Assembly: GCA_009103225.1 (NCBI GenBank)
Contig: RHPI01001507.1
Coordinates: 478,805-542,804 of the forward strand
DNA from: Chlorokybus atmophyticus
Lineage: Eukaryota > Plantae > Mesostigma and Chlorokybus algae
DNA length: 64,000 nucleotides
Direction of reading: 5' to 3'
In this document: positions 48,915 through 64,000 of the stretch, one piece after another
How positions within the stretch are numbered: position 1 is the first letter of the stretch
How the letters are laid out: every line of letters starts with the position of its first letter
Position numbers and translations under genes: made by a program
The notes under the pieces: model-generated
The model's database searches: none
Told to the model about the DNA's origin: nothing
Seen by the model: only the letters and a program-made list of their open reading frames with translations

Positions 48915-50354
48915 AACGTCTCATAGCTTTCTTCCGGCGTTTCATGACGTTTGTTGCTTGGACGCTTATATGCGGTCAAACCGAGTGCGTGCCAACGGTA
49001 ATGCATGGCTCACACAGCCAAAGTGCCCTGTAAGCATAACTCGCGTGTGCATCAATTGGTTCATGTTATCTGCACGCTTCTATGCATATTTTTTCGCGCT
49101 TTTGAGATACTGCAGCATCATTGAAACGTCACTCGTGAAGTCACTACTGCGAGAACCGCTACTTGTATCAGTACTCTTGATACATTGCACTACCAGCGTA
49201 TGCACAACCCCACACGCATATGTGCATGTGTGCTTCTGTGCAGTACCTGCTCAACCAACACAGGGATCATTGCACTTCACTCACCAATCGCTGATCAATA
49301 GCAGACACCCTTTTGGGTGGGTATACAAGAGATTTATCAGAGAGGACCTTGCAAGGTGGACGCCTTATTCTACGCTATGCAGCTGCTTATCTTATGTACA
49401 AATGTGTATAGAAAAAAATGGCCTGTATCTATGTGTGCAACAACTTGCACACAGGCACAAGTCCACACATGTCACCGCCATGCAATGTCCCCCAAAGGCG
49501 CCCAATGCGCCTCTCCACGCGCTCTTTGCCCCGCATTGTGGCAGCGCACAGAAGAAACTGACAGGCACAACCTGACTCACTGCTCTTCTTGTTGTTGTTG
49601 TTGTTGTTATTGCTGCTGTCCTTGCTGTTATTGTTGTTGTTGTTGTTGTTGTGAGTCGATGTCATTGTCTGGCTTCTCCTGCACGCTCTGCACGGGACTT
49701 TGGGCTCCGCAATGACCACACCGTCGTACCAGGCCTGCACAATGGAGTGAGAGTGGGTATGTGCGCGCGTGGGCGTGCTTGTACGCGTGCACGTGTGAGC
49801 CTGTTTGGTTGTGCATTCGCACGCGTAAGTGTGAGTGTGCGTGTGCGTATGCATGTGACCATAAACATGACCAACCATGACAGCCCCTGTAACACCTATC
49901 CCAACACATCAACCCCAGCAACACAACCACACCAACCCACCTTCCCAGTCACTGGCCTCATCCTCTCCCTCATCTTCACAAACGCCAGCACCTTCACCCC
50001 AACACTCACCTCCCTCCTCTCCTCCACCATCACGCTGCGTCGCCTGACACGCGCGCGGGGCACGTCTCGTCCGTCTCGTCAAACGTGGCGTACTTTACCA
50101 CATACCCACACATTGAGGATGATGTGCGTGTGATGGAGTCGATGTCCCAGTAGGCGCCGTGGGCTTCGCACTCGAGGGCGAGAGGGTCGGTGAAGTCCAA
50201 CTCAATGTCCTCGTCGTTGCTGTTGTTGTCGTCTTCACTCTCGGTGATGTGCATGATGTTGTTGTTGTTGTTCTTGTTGTGTATGTCCTCATCTGCCATC
50301 CACGTGACTGCAGCTTTGGCTGTGCCCACATTGGCATCGCCTTCATCACACAGG

Positions 50355-50388
<34 letters not shown>

Positions 50389-51600
50389 CCTCTTGCTCGG
50401 CGGCAGCATCATTGCCATGGCTTTCTGTCTCATCTTCTTCTTCTTCTTCATTTTCTTCTGCATGAGTCAAGTCGCAGCAGCAGGTGTCGTGGTGGTCCAC
50501 AGCGTGGTTCTCCTGAACCTCCTCCTCGACATTCTCCTCCACAACATTCTCCTCAATGACATCCTTGACATCCTCCACGGTGTCATCCACCTCGTTGTCC
50601 TCCTCAACAACATTCTCCTCGACGTCATCCTCAGCCTTGATGATGATGTCCGCAGCCACAGCAGCAAACGCCCTCCAGAGCTGTGGCGCCTGAGGCCTCC
50701 TCCTCCTCCTCTTCCTCCTCCTCCTTGTTGTTGTTGTTGTTGTTGTTGTTGTCGTTGTTATTGCCAGCTACAGCCGCATCAGCATCGGCCGCCACAACGA
50801 CAGTGCAGACAGTCTGCTTGTTGACACTGGTGACAGCCTCTGCCTTGTTGTTGCGGTTGACGACGATACGCTTGTTGTGGTGGTTGTGGTTGCTGTCTTC
50901 TTCCTTGCTGTTGTTGTTATCCACCTCCTTATGGTTGTTTTCCTCTTCCTCCTCCTCGTCCTCCTCCTCCTTCTTCTCCTCCTCCTCTTCATCATCATCA
51001 CCACCCATGGTATCAACAGCATCATCAGCTGGGCCGTCCACTCGCACGACTCCCCCTCTCCTTCTCACACTCCCGCGCACTCGTCACAGCTGTAGCCCTC
51101 CTCGTCGCTAGTGCGGCTGTTGTCCTCCTTGTTCTCGTTCTCCTCCTTCTCCTTCTCATCTTTATTGTCATCAACAGTAGCAGCAGCCATGCTGTCGTCC
51201 TCATCTTCAACCACAACGATGGCAGCGCTGTCAACAGCATTGGCAGCAGCCGAACCATCTGGCACAGCTGGCACATCGCCACTCTCACACTCGCGCACAC
51301 TCTTGTTGCAGCTGGTGTTCTCCTCGCTGCAGCTGTTGCCCTCCTTGTCCTCCTCCTCCTTGCTGTCGCTGTTCTCCTTCTCCATGTTGTTGTCCTCCTC
51401 CTCCCCAACGCACGCCACCACATACGGCGTCATCGGATTCGCATCCACACCGGCATCCACACATTGCCCACCCTCGTTATTGTTGCTGTTGTGATGTTGT
51501 TGTTGCACTCGCGCGTATGCCTCCCTCATCTTGTGCTCGTGTCTCCACCACCCGAGGTGCATTGTGGCCGGTGGCAGGGTTGGTTGTCACGGTGGTCCAG
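48915..51600 (-). pseudogene. Acidic/Asn-rich low-complexity gene with frameshifts and possible Tudor/Agenet-like motifs
   Basis: Three overlapping acidic ORFs (51065-51562, 50631-51080, 50030-50659) join by single frameshifts. Later segments read YVVKYATFDET, GVKVLAF and AWYDGVVI. The 3' limit is tentative and the 5' end is cut by the G/AG tract. Confidence 0.5.
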
Positions 51601-51630
51601 ACACGGTGGGAGGGGAGGAAGTGGACGCCA

Positions 51631-55989
<4,359 letters not shown>

Positions 55990-56656
55990 CATAAACCACG
56001 GGTTTATTCAATAGCGACCAGTAGCAGCGAGAACAACGGCATACCTAACAAAATAATAGCAGCAACCAAGACTCAAGGGAGGGCGCGTTTCATTTTAGCC
56101 CCTAGCCCTACAAGCATGTCTTTGCAGAGCCTGGTCCGCCACGGCCATGGTTGGAGGGTTGGAGCGGAAGCAACCAGCAAGCGCAAGGTGAAACTTTCAC
56201 CGTGAAAGGCTTGACTTCAAACATTTAAAGCAGCACCGTGGTGCAGCGCTGCGGCGCTGTAGCTTCACACACCGGCGGCTACCGCCGCCCTGGCAGCAGC
56301 CCACAAACGGCCAGAAATTTCAAAACTTCTAGCCGCCGCTACTATTGAAACGTTGGGATGCTGCGCGGCACAGGCCGCGTAGCCGTTGGATAGGACGATA
56401 ACGGTCAACCAATAAAACCAGCAGCGCAACTTGTGCCGTTAATAAAGGCAACGCAGCGATGCATCTGAACGGCCACCGATAGCTTAAGTAGGTCGCTCGG
56501 CGGTGACGGATAGCTCGAGTAGCTCGATCACACGGTGAGGGATAGCTGAGCTGAGCTATTTGTGGCCGCTCGCTGCGACCCGAGCAGTGCCGTTGTCTCC
56601 TAATAACAATTTGATGGAATATCAAGTTTTGTAATGTCATGTGTTCACGGACCTAC

Positions 56657-56747
56657 NNNNNNNNNNNNNNNNNNNNNNNNNNNNNNNNNNNNNNNNNNNN
56701 NNNNNNNNNNNNNNNNNNNNNNNNNNNNNNNNNNNNNNNNNNNNNNN
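56657..56747. other. Assembly gap (91 N) followed by a G-run
   Basis: Run of N. Confidence 1.
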
Positions 56748-58192
56748 GGGGGGGGGGCTCTTTGTTTGTCATGGAGGGTTGTACTCGCACAAATACGGCA
56801 TGTTGAAGTATAGCACAATTTGCATGTATAGCGTGATGTCATGAGCAACAACAGCTTAATAGGGTCAAAAGCATAGGTGGATTGAACCATTGATTTCTCG
56901 GTGTCCTTTATGTTTACTAAGATAGAATTTGCGGAGTCCCACATCCAACAAGGACAGATAACGAGTTGTATTGGTTGATTCATAAAAATCTTATATCGAG
57001 CATAATGTTTCTATTATAAAAAGACCTTTAACGACAAAATGAGATGCGGATATATCTATAATGCATTTCAACCATAAATACACGGCCAGCCTTTATGATC
57101 AAGACCCATCACAATACACATGAGTAGTCCACACTTAATAACATTTATGTCACGTAAACATTTAGGGCTTGATAGCTATGGTTTTCATTTGCAATCGCTG
57201 CGAGTATAGGAATATGATTGCGCAAGTTCACTTAAGTATGTTGCCAACACATCATAAATAAGTAAACGAATGATAATGCATTGTACTGGTTTTATATTGC
57301 ATACAATGCAGATGAATGCATTGTTTGCATATTAATCGTTGCTTTACAATCACATCAGTGGTTATCGTAGCATGCAATATGCCAACTTGTTTTTTGAATT
57401 AGCTGCGTGACAACGGTCTTATTGAGCATTCCTAAGTTTACATGACAAGCTCGACTCACCTCACACCTTGTTTGTTAACATTACAAGTCAAACCATTTCT
57501 ACATAGCTTCTACATAGGCAAGAACGAAGTGCACATGATGTATGCAATACACATTGAATGTGAACACTATTCATTTTTATGGGACATTATATGATAACGC
57601 GTTGCGAATTGAAGTACCAAAGGTGAGAGTGTACAGTTTACTTAGGCGTCTCTGCGTTACAGATCATCACAAATTACATAAAATTGGCATACAATACATA
57701 ACTTGCAATAGAGCTGCTGTGAAGCATGCTTAAGCGAAAAAAGAGCCAAATGTGGTGCGCACCAATGCACAGCACAAGCTATAAACGACAAGCAAGCAAG
57801 CATGCACATACAACTTTGGTTAAATCGTAATAACTTTATGCTCACCATTAACATTCGAATATATGTTGGCTGGCTTTACAACTGTGATGCAATGCATGTC
57901 GTAAAATGGAGAAGAAACAATGCACCCAACTCATATGTCTACACCATGTACATAGGCAACCGGCCGCGCAGACATTTCAAGCACATGCACAATGCAGTCG
58001 GGCATAGTACGGTCACTTCTGTATGTACATGTTCATAGTCTTGAGCATAGTGCACGATCATAGATATATATACAATACAACCCCACCACCCAACCCCACC
58101 GGCTTAACTGCCAGCAACCAGGAACCCCAGCGCACTGCAGTGCTGACATGGGCACTGAGCCGCAAGGGTTGCAGCTAGGGGTTTTCAGTGTC

Positions 58193-58492
58193 TCAATTTG
58201 GTGATGAGGCGCCGTTAGCGCCGGGTTGTGTTATTGGCCGTCGCCATCGCGGGCAGTCACAGAGTGCAGTTGGTACGCATGGGTCGACTACTGTCGGCGT
58301 CATCCTAAGTGGATATGGACCGTCGACTGCCGCTGTCGGTGGTCGATCACGTTCTGCGCATTCTACCCGTGTTGAAGTGCGAAGTTTGCAAATTTGAGAA
58401 CAGTGACTTGTCGGTTTGCATGTGCAATTGCTGTTGGCTTTGTAGCCAGCGTCCGCGACTGCGATGACGCCTCTCAAGACCGATACAGTCAT
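58193..58492 (-). CDS. Possible short gene or first exon, unknown
   Basis: 99-aa CG-rich ORF downstream of a purine/pyrimidine-skewed promoter-like tract (58570-58660). No motif recognised. Confidence 0.2.
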   Translation of the reverse strand: MTVSVLRGVIAVADAGYKANSNCTCKPTSHCSQICKLRTSTRVECAERDRPPTAAVDGPYPLRMTPTVVDPCVPTALCDCPRWRRPITQPGANGASSPN

Positions 58493-58975
58493 GCATTGAT
58501 TGACGCCGGATTCAGTAAACAGCAGGCGGAAGCCCCTCGCGACCCGTGACTAGTTGCGTCGCGAGGGGGCGCAGCAGCAGAGAGGGTGGGAGACAGAGGA
58601 GAGGGAGGAGGAAGGGCGGTGTGGTGGCGGAGAAGACAGAGGAGGGCGCAGAGGGGGGAGTCCTACTGATCTGTTGTCGATGCCATTAATGCCGCGTTGT
58701 ATAAAACTGACTGCATCGGCCCCCTGTGGGCAGGTGAATGCATATGCATGTGCATGCTTGCATGGCTAACGGGGTAGTAGGGGTAGAGTAGTGTGTCAGG
58801 TAGAGAATGAACCCAGTGGTTAACTTGACCATAGTGTGGTTGGTATGTGCTGTCTCACTCTGCATACTACTGACTGTGCATGCCACTATGCATATACGTT
58901 TCCGTTTCACAGTATTTGTGCAATGTGTACTAGATACATGCTGATGTACTGCGTGCTTTCAGTCTAACAACACAA

Positions 58976-60340
58976 TGCTTTATGGTGTGGTGAGTTGACT
59001 GCTCATGCATGTATGTGTCACACTCTCATGCATACCACAATCCTTGCACTCTATTTATTATACACTCCATGCCCTGGTTGGTGCGGCCATCCCATGCCAG
59101 AGGCCAGTCCAGTCTGCTCATGCGGTTGAGGTGAGCGGCTGGCTACCCTACGTTACGGCATAGGGCATGCATGTCACCGTGCTATTGTGTGGTGTGGTGT
59201 GGATAGGTGGGTGCTTGACCGGGAGCACCCTGCATGTGTAGTTGCCTAGTTGAAAGCGAGAGTTGGTGCCCACCCCACTAGCCATGCATAGCAATGCACA
59301 AGATGAAGTCACAAGTGAAAATACATGGGGAGCAGCAAAGTCTGCCTGTGTCATCAAAGTAGGCGCACACAACCACGACATGCACCGCAGAAGGCGTTTC
59401 CCTGCGTGCCGTACATGCATGCGTGTGTGTACTGACAAAACCCTAAGCCGGCAGTTGACAAGACGGCAGTAGGCTGGCAGAGATGGCGGTGGGGGTGGGG
59501 GTGAAGCGGGAGGGGGAGTCCGTTGAGTCCTGCTGCTGGTGTGGCCGCTACTGCTGCAAGAAGGCCGCTGACCAAGGCGCATGTGCAGGTGATGACGCAC
59601 GCATGCATGCATGCATGTCTAATGGGTATGGGCAGTAGAGAAGGTAGGTGGCAGCTAGGTTAGCAGCCCGGTGGTTAATGAGAGTGCTTCATGGTGTGGT
59701 GAATAGACTGCTCATGCATGTGTGTGTCACACTCTCATGCATGCCACAATCCTTGCACTTTATTTACTATACACAAAACCATGTGGAAAAAGCAGACAGT
59801 GTGCGAAGCATTCTGTATGCATGTATTCTCACATATTTTATACACTACCACTCGCAAGCAACACAATGACACAACCACGACATGCACCGCCGCAGAGGGA
59901 GTTTCCGCGCGTGCTGTACATGCAGACTGCTATACCATATGCATGCGTGTGTGTACTGACAAAACCCTAAGACGGCAGTTGACAAGACGGCAGTAGGAGG
60001 CTGGCGGAGCTGGCGGCGGGGGTGTGGGTGAAGCGGGAGGGGGAGGGGGAGTCCGTTGAGTCCTGCTGCTGGTATGGCCGCTGCTGCCGCAAGAAGGCCG
60101 CTGACCAAGGCGCATGTGCAGGTGATGATGCACGCACGCATGCATGCATGCATGCATGTCTAATGGGTATGGGCAGTAGAGAAGGTAGGTAGCAGCTAGG
60201 TTAGCAGACTGGTGGTTAATGAGAGTGCTTCATAGTGTGGTGAGTAGACTGCTCACACATGTGCATACAATGCACATGGCATATGTGTGTGTCACACTCT
60301 CATGCATGCCACAATCCTTGCATTCCATCCATTTATTATA
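58976..60340. repeat. Diverged tandem duplication (~500-bp period) plus a third partial copy
   Basis: Copies at about 59368-59775 and 59870-60340. The block gtgtcacactctcatgcat.ccacaatccttgca also occurs at about 58976-59065. Confidence 0.9.
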
Positions 60341-60757
60341 CAATGCGAAAGCACAACAACATCATCCTCTAATAATCTGCCTCAATGCAGGACGGAGTTT
60401 ATGGTACAATCAAACCTCGATAAGTGCAACATCTGCGCCCCTAGTAAAACCCATTGATAATTTGCACTCACCAATATGCGACTGACGAATAGCTGTTGCC
60501 CGTGGCCTTCGTCTCTGATGATATTTATGCACCAATCGCATTTCAACGATGATAATTGCTACAATATGCGCTTAGCGAATATGCACTAATAGCGGCTAGA
60601 CTGTACCAATCAGCAGCACGTTGATCAGCATATCACCATCTCACAATCCTACCGGTCAAGCAGGACCACAATATTCTTGCCTGTGCTTTTTCAAACCTAA
60701 ACACAGAACTTATGCCATACACCCAACAGATGCAGCTTGAGTCCACCGCTGGTATGC

Positions 60758-63630
60758 TCAACGCTTGCTGCGCGATGCCCGGCGCTCGTTGGGGTTGCGC
60801 TTGCTAAACATGTCAAACTCACCTCGGTGACGGGCTTGCAGCTTCGCCGTTGTGCAGTGCGCTTTGGAGAAGGCGTCTTCCACGGCAGTGACATCAAACG
60901 GGTCCTGCACCATAACATACTACATAAGCGAAGTCCCAGTGCAAACCGTTCACCAGCCAACGCTATCCTGGGCGAACTACATGATGCATGCGAATGCAGT
61001 GTCTGGAGATTGCCTGGATCAGACTGTCACATAGTTGACAGTCTGATCAAAGCAATCTCCAACTCGTACCGCAGCTTTCTTTAAGGGTTTCCTAGTTTTG
61101 GGTAGTTGATCCTCTCTAAGCACCGGGTTCAGCGCATTCCCTTCGCGGCCGCCAACTGGCTTTGGCAACGAATACTGCGCAGTTGAAGTGCATATCAGCA
61201 ACATGACACATGCATACTTAGTGTTGAATGAGATGCAACACCTGCTGGCCACACATGCGGTTGCTACACCCAGTTAATGTGCTCACTGTGTGAAGTGCAT
61301 GCTAGCAACATGCAAACAGCAGCACATACATGCACGCGCGAACACATAACCACACATGCACAGCGCACACGCGCACGTGCTGGCACTCACAGCACGTTCC
61401 ATGTTGGCAAACATACCCGTGTTCCGCGCAAATTATATCGCTTGCGTCCTCCATAATGCACGACGCCGCTCTCATCTATGTTGACAGAGACTCGAAAGAG
61501 CGTCCCACCATTGCCGCACTTGGGGCAAAATACGCGCTGCACGTCCCGAGTGACCCTGTCATGATCAGCAATGATAAGCAAGCGACAAAGTGCAGGCATG
61601 CATATAAGAACTGTATCAGATGGTGTTGCTTACGTCTGGCAAGCTTGACACTTTAGTGCCCATCGAGCCAATTGCTGTACACGGCGCCCGTCCAACGTGA
61701 TCAAACCAATTCCCATTTGCAGCAGCACCTGCCAGATGATAGGGGTTAGACAAGCTGTTGTTGAAGCACGCTGATGCTTGAACAACCATTGTTCAATCCG
61801 CTGATGGAGTACTGTGTGCAACCCCCCAAGGAATTAATTAGGCAATGCTGTGCGCGGTAAAGAACGGTCAAGACCATTCGGTCATGAATGTTCAACAGCA
61901 GCCTTGCTGCTGCGGAGTTAACACAGACGTTGCAACTGCAGTCATGAGTCGCACGCGTACATTCTGCATAGCGAAATCGGCGGTTGCACACGCCACAGCG
62001 GGAGAGCCATTGACGCGCTCATCTTCAGAGAAGGCATCATCGTCGTGCTCACTCGTACAAGCTGCAGGCTCTGAAGCTTCCTGCGACGCATTTATGCGCT
62101 CGAGATCGCGCTGCAGCTGAGCTTCATCAGCATCGCGCTGTGCCTAACAATGCACACCATCAACATGATACACGCAGGCTTGTGCAACAACATGGACAGC
62201 AACACACGCAATGTGCATGCTCACAAGGCAAGCCAATAAGCGCACGCAGGCACATGAGCGCACGCACAGGCACACACATGCGCATACTCGCATCCAGTCG
62301 AGCATGCAAAAGGCTTGCAAGGCAATATGACTATACCTGATGGCGCGCCTCTCGTTTCATGTGTCGTATGCGCGTGCTTCGGCTCACTGGCTTCTCCCAG
62401 CCGTCATCATCCTGAACATCGGCTGACGCACCCTGCAAAGACAAATGCAAAGCATTGGTTGCAAGGTGGTGTTAATCAAGGGAACAAAACCACAGCCATG
62501 CCGACAACAATTGCTTGACTATCTACAGCTGGCTGCAGATGGCTTAGCTTACCGCATCAGACATGCTGACGGAAGGTTCCGCTGCAACAGGTGACTCCGC
62601 TGCAGATGCATTCACTTCTTCTATTGGGGCACCCTAAAATACACATACGAATGTTAACAACAGCACTAAAGTGTGAGCAAGTCATGGTGCCAAGAATGTG
62701 AACCAATGTAATGCACAAGCCGTGAGAGCATGTAAAATCACTCTGCACACCTGTTGTACCTGAGGTGCTGCAGGGCGCAGGTTGGCCCGCTGATCAGGTT
62801 GCGAACTTGGAGTGGCGGGTTCCTCCTCCCACTCTTGAGGGTTTTTCACCTTCGCGCACACAATGCGCATCAGCAACACTCGTTGCTAACCAACCCAACC
62901 CAACCCACGATAGGAGAAACCTCCCGATTACCAGCTGCATGTGACACACTTGGCCCTAGGAGTCTCTGATGCTTATAGATATACAACAGACAAACAAGAC
63001 TGAACTGACATGCATCATGCCATCCTCACCTGGCCCCAGCCTGGCAACGGCCTCTCCGACAGATTCTTTGCACCAGGCCGAAGGACGGTTGGAGGCGCGG
63101 GAGTCTCCGGCATACGCCTGTCAGGCTGTGTCTTGCGCTCCAAGTCGTGAGCCAATGCCAGCAACTGCACAAATGAGCACAACACATACAACTAGTCAGC
63201 ATTCACAAAACAGCAAAGCTGACTTGCAACTCTGGTGTTATTAGATACTGCATTAGTCAATAAGCACCTGCACTACCAGGCATGGCAGCACAAAATGGCA
63301 ACACATACAAGCACGCGTATGTGGGTACAATTGCAGATGCGTGTACGTGTTATCTGCGCGCATACATGTGCAGGTGTGCACGCGACCGTGCATGTGCCCA
63401 CGCACATGCACATGCCTGCCTGTGTGCGCGCGCATATCTGTGCAAGTACATGCATGCATGCATGCACACATCCACACACACAAGGGCAAGAGTTATGGCA
63501 ACTGCAACCACTGCCTCGGTATGTGACTTACTTGCATATCTGTGACGGAAAGGATGCCAATGTCACCAGTGGCCTTTGCAAATCGCGCAACATGACGCAC
63601 AGATGCCTCCTCCGGCGTTAAGGTTTCAAT
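60758..63630 (-). CDS. NOB1: NOB1 18S rRNA-processing PIN endonuclease; 5' exon(s) unresolved or beyond the window
   Basis: FAKATGDIGILSVTDMQ-LLALA, LPGWG, VACATADFAMQNVLLQMG, zinc ribbon CQAC...FCPKCGNGGTL, RGTRYSLPKPVGG...LREDQL and KRNPNERR. Exon phases are consistent and the stop is at 60758-60760. Confidence 0.95.
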
Positions 63631-64000
63631 CTGAAATGCAGCCATCTGCATGCAAAACTACTTATCAGCACAATAAGATCATGAGCTTCAAGTTACAAAT
63701 AGTGCAAGCTGGTGAGAACGTTGGAGGATCCGAGAAAAATCTGCGGGGTGTCAAGCAACATTCAAATCAAGTTGATGCTTTTTGGCTTTCAACAAGCTGC
63801 CAGCACGCATTGTTGCCCCCACTTCTCGATGGCAAACCCAATGTTGTTGCGCACACAATTTCAATGCGACATGCTAACTGTAAATGCAGGACGTGCAACG
63901 CGACAACGAGACACACATCATCATTGCCAAACAAGCAACAAGCATGAGCTACTCCACGTGAGCTTGGTTGTGGAATTTCAATAGGTGCGCACCGTGATCA

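Noticed and set aside
60737-61084. 115-aa plus-strand ORF
   Set aside because: Antisense to the last NOB1 exons.
63640-64000. NOB1 5' exons
   Set aside because: Candidate segments (GFAIEKWGQQC; SDPPT..HQLALF) could not be joined in frame with confidence, so they were left unassigned.

Overview
Eukaryotic, intron-rich DNA from a green plant-lineage organism. It is most likely an alga, inferred from plant-type ALMT, bHLH-ACT, DUF179 and GT29 genes, CA/GT-rich introns and telobox-like motifs; the species cannot be determined. About 1-27 kb is a transposon graveyard containing: (a) a decayed Ty3-like gag; (b) a decayed Helitron Rep/PIF1 gene with HLE2/Helitron2-type motifs, followed on the same strand by a decayed spliced gene ending in a GIY-YIG nuclease domain; (c) a TTAA-flanked MITE; (d) an ORF-intact chromovirus LTR retrotransposon; (e) hAT remnants; (f) a TA-flanked pogo/Tc2-like MITE. 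About 27.8-51.6 kb is gene-rich, with an atypical bHLH, an ALMT channel, a 4-exon orphan membrane protein, a DUF179 protein, a GT29 sialyltransferase-like gene and an acidic pseudogene. A 4.3 kb (AG)n tract next to a G-run and an N is probably partly an assembly artefact. The window ends with tandemly duplicated DNA and most of NOB1. The best candidate for a new system is the Helitron2-like element with an apparent accessory GIY-YIG gene. All family calls come from motif recognition by eye, no database searches were run, and boundaries of decayed elements are approximate.
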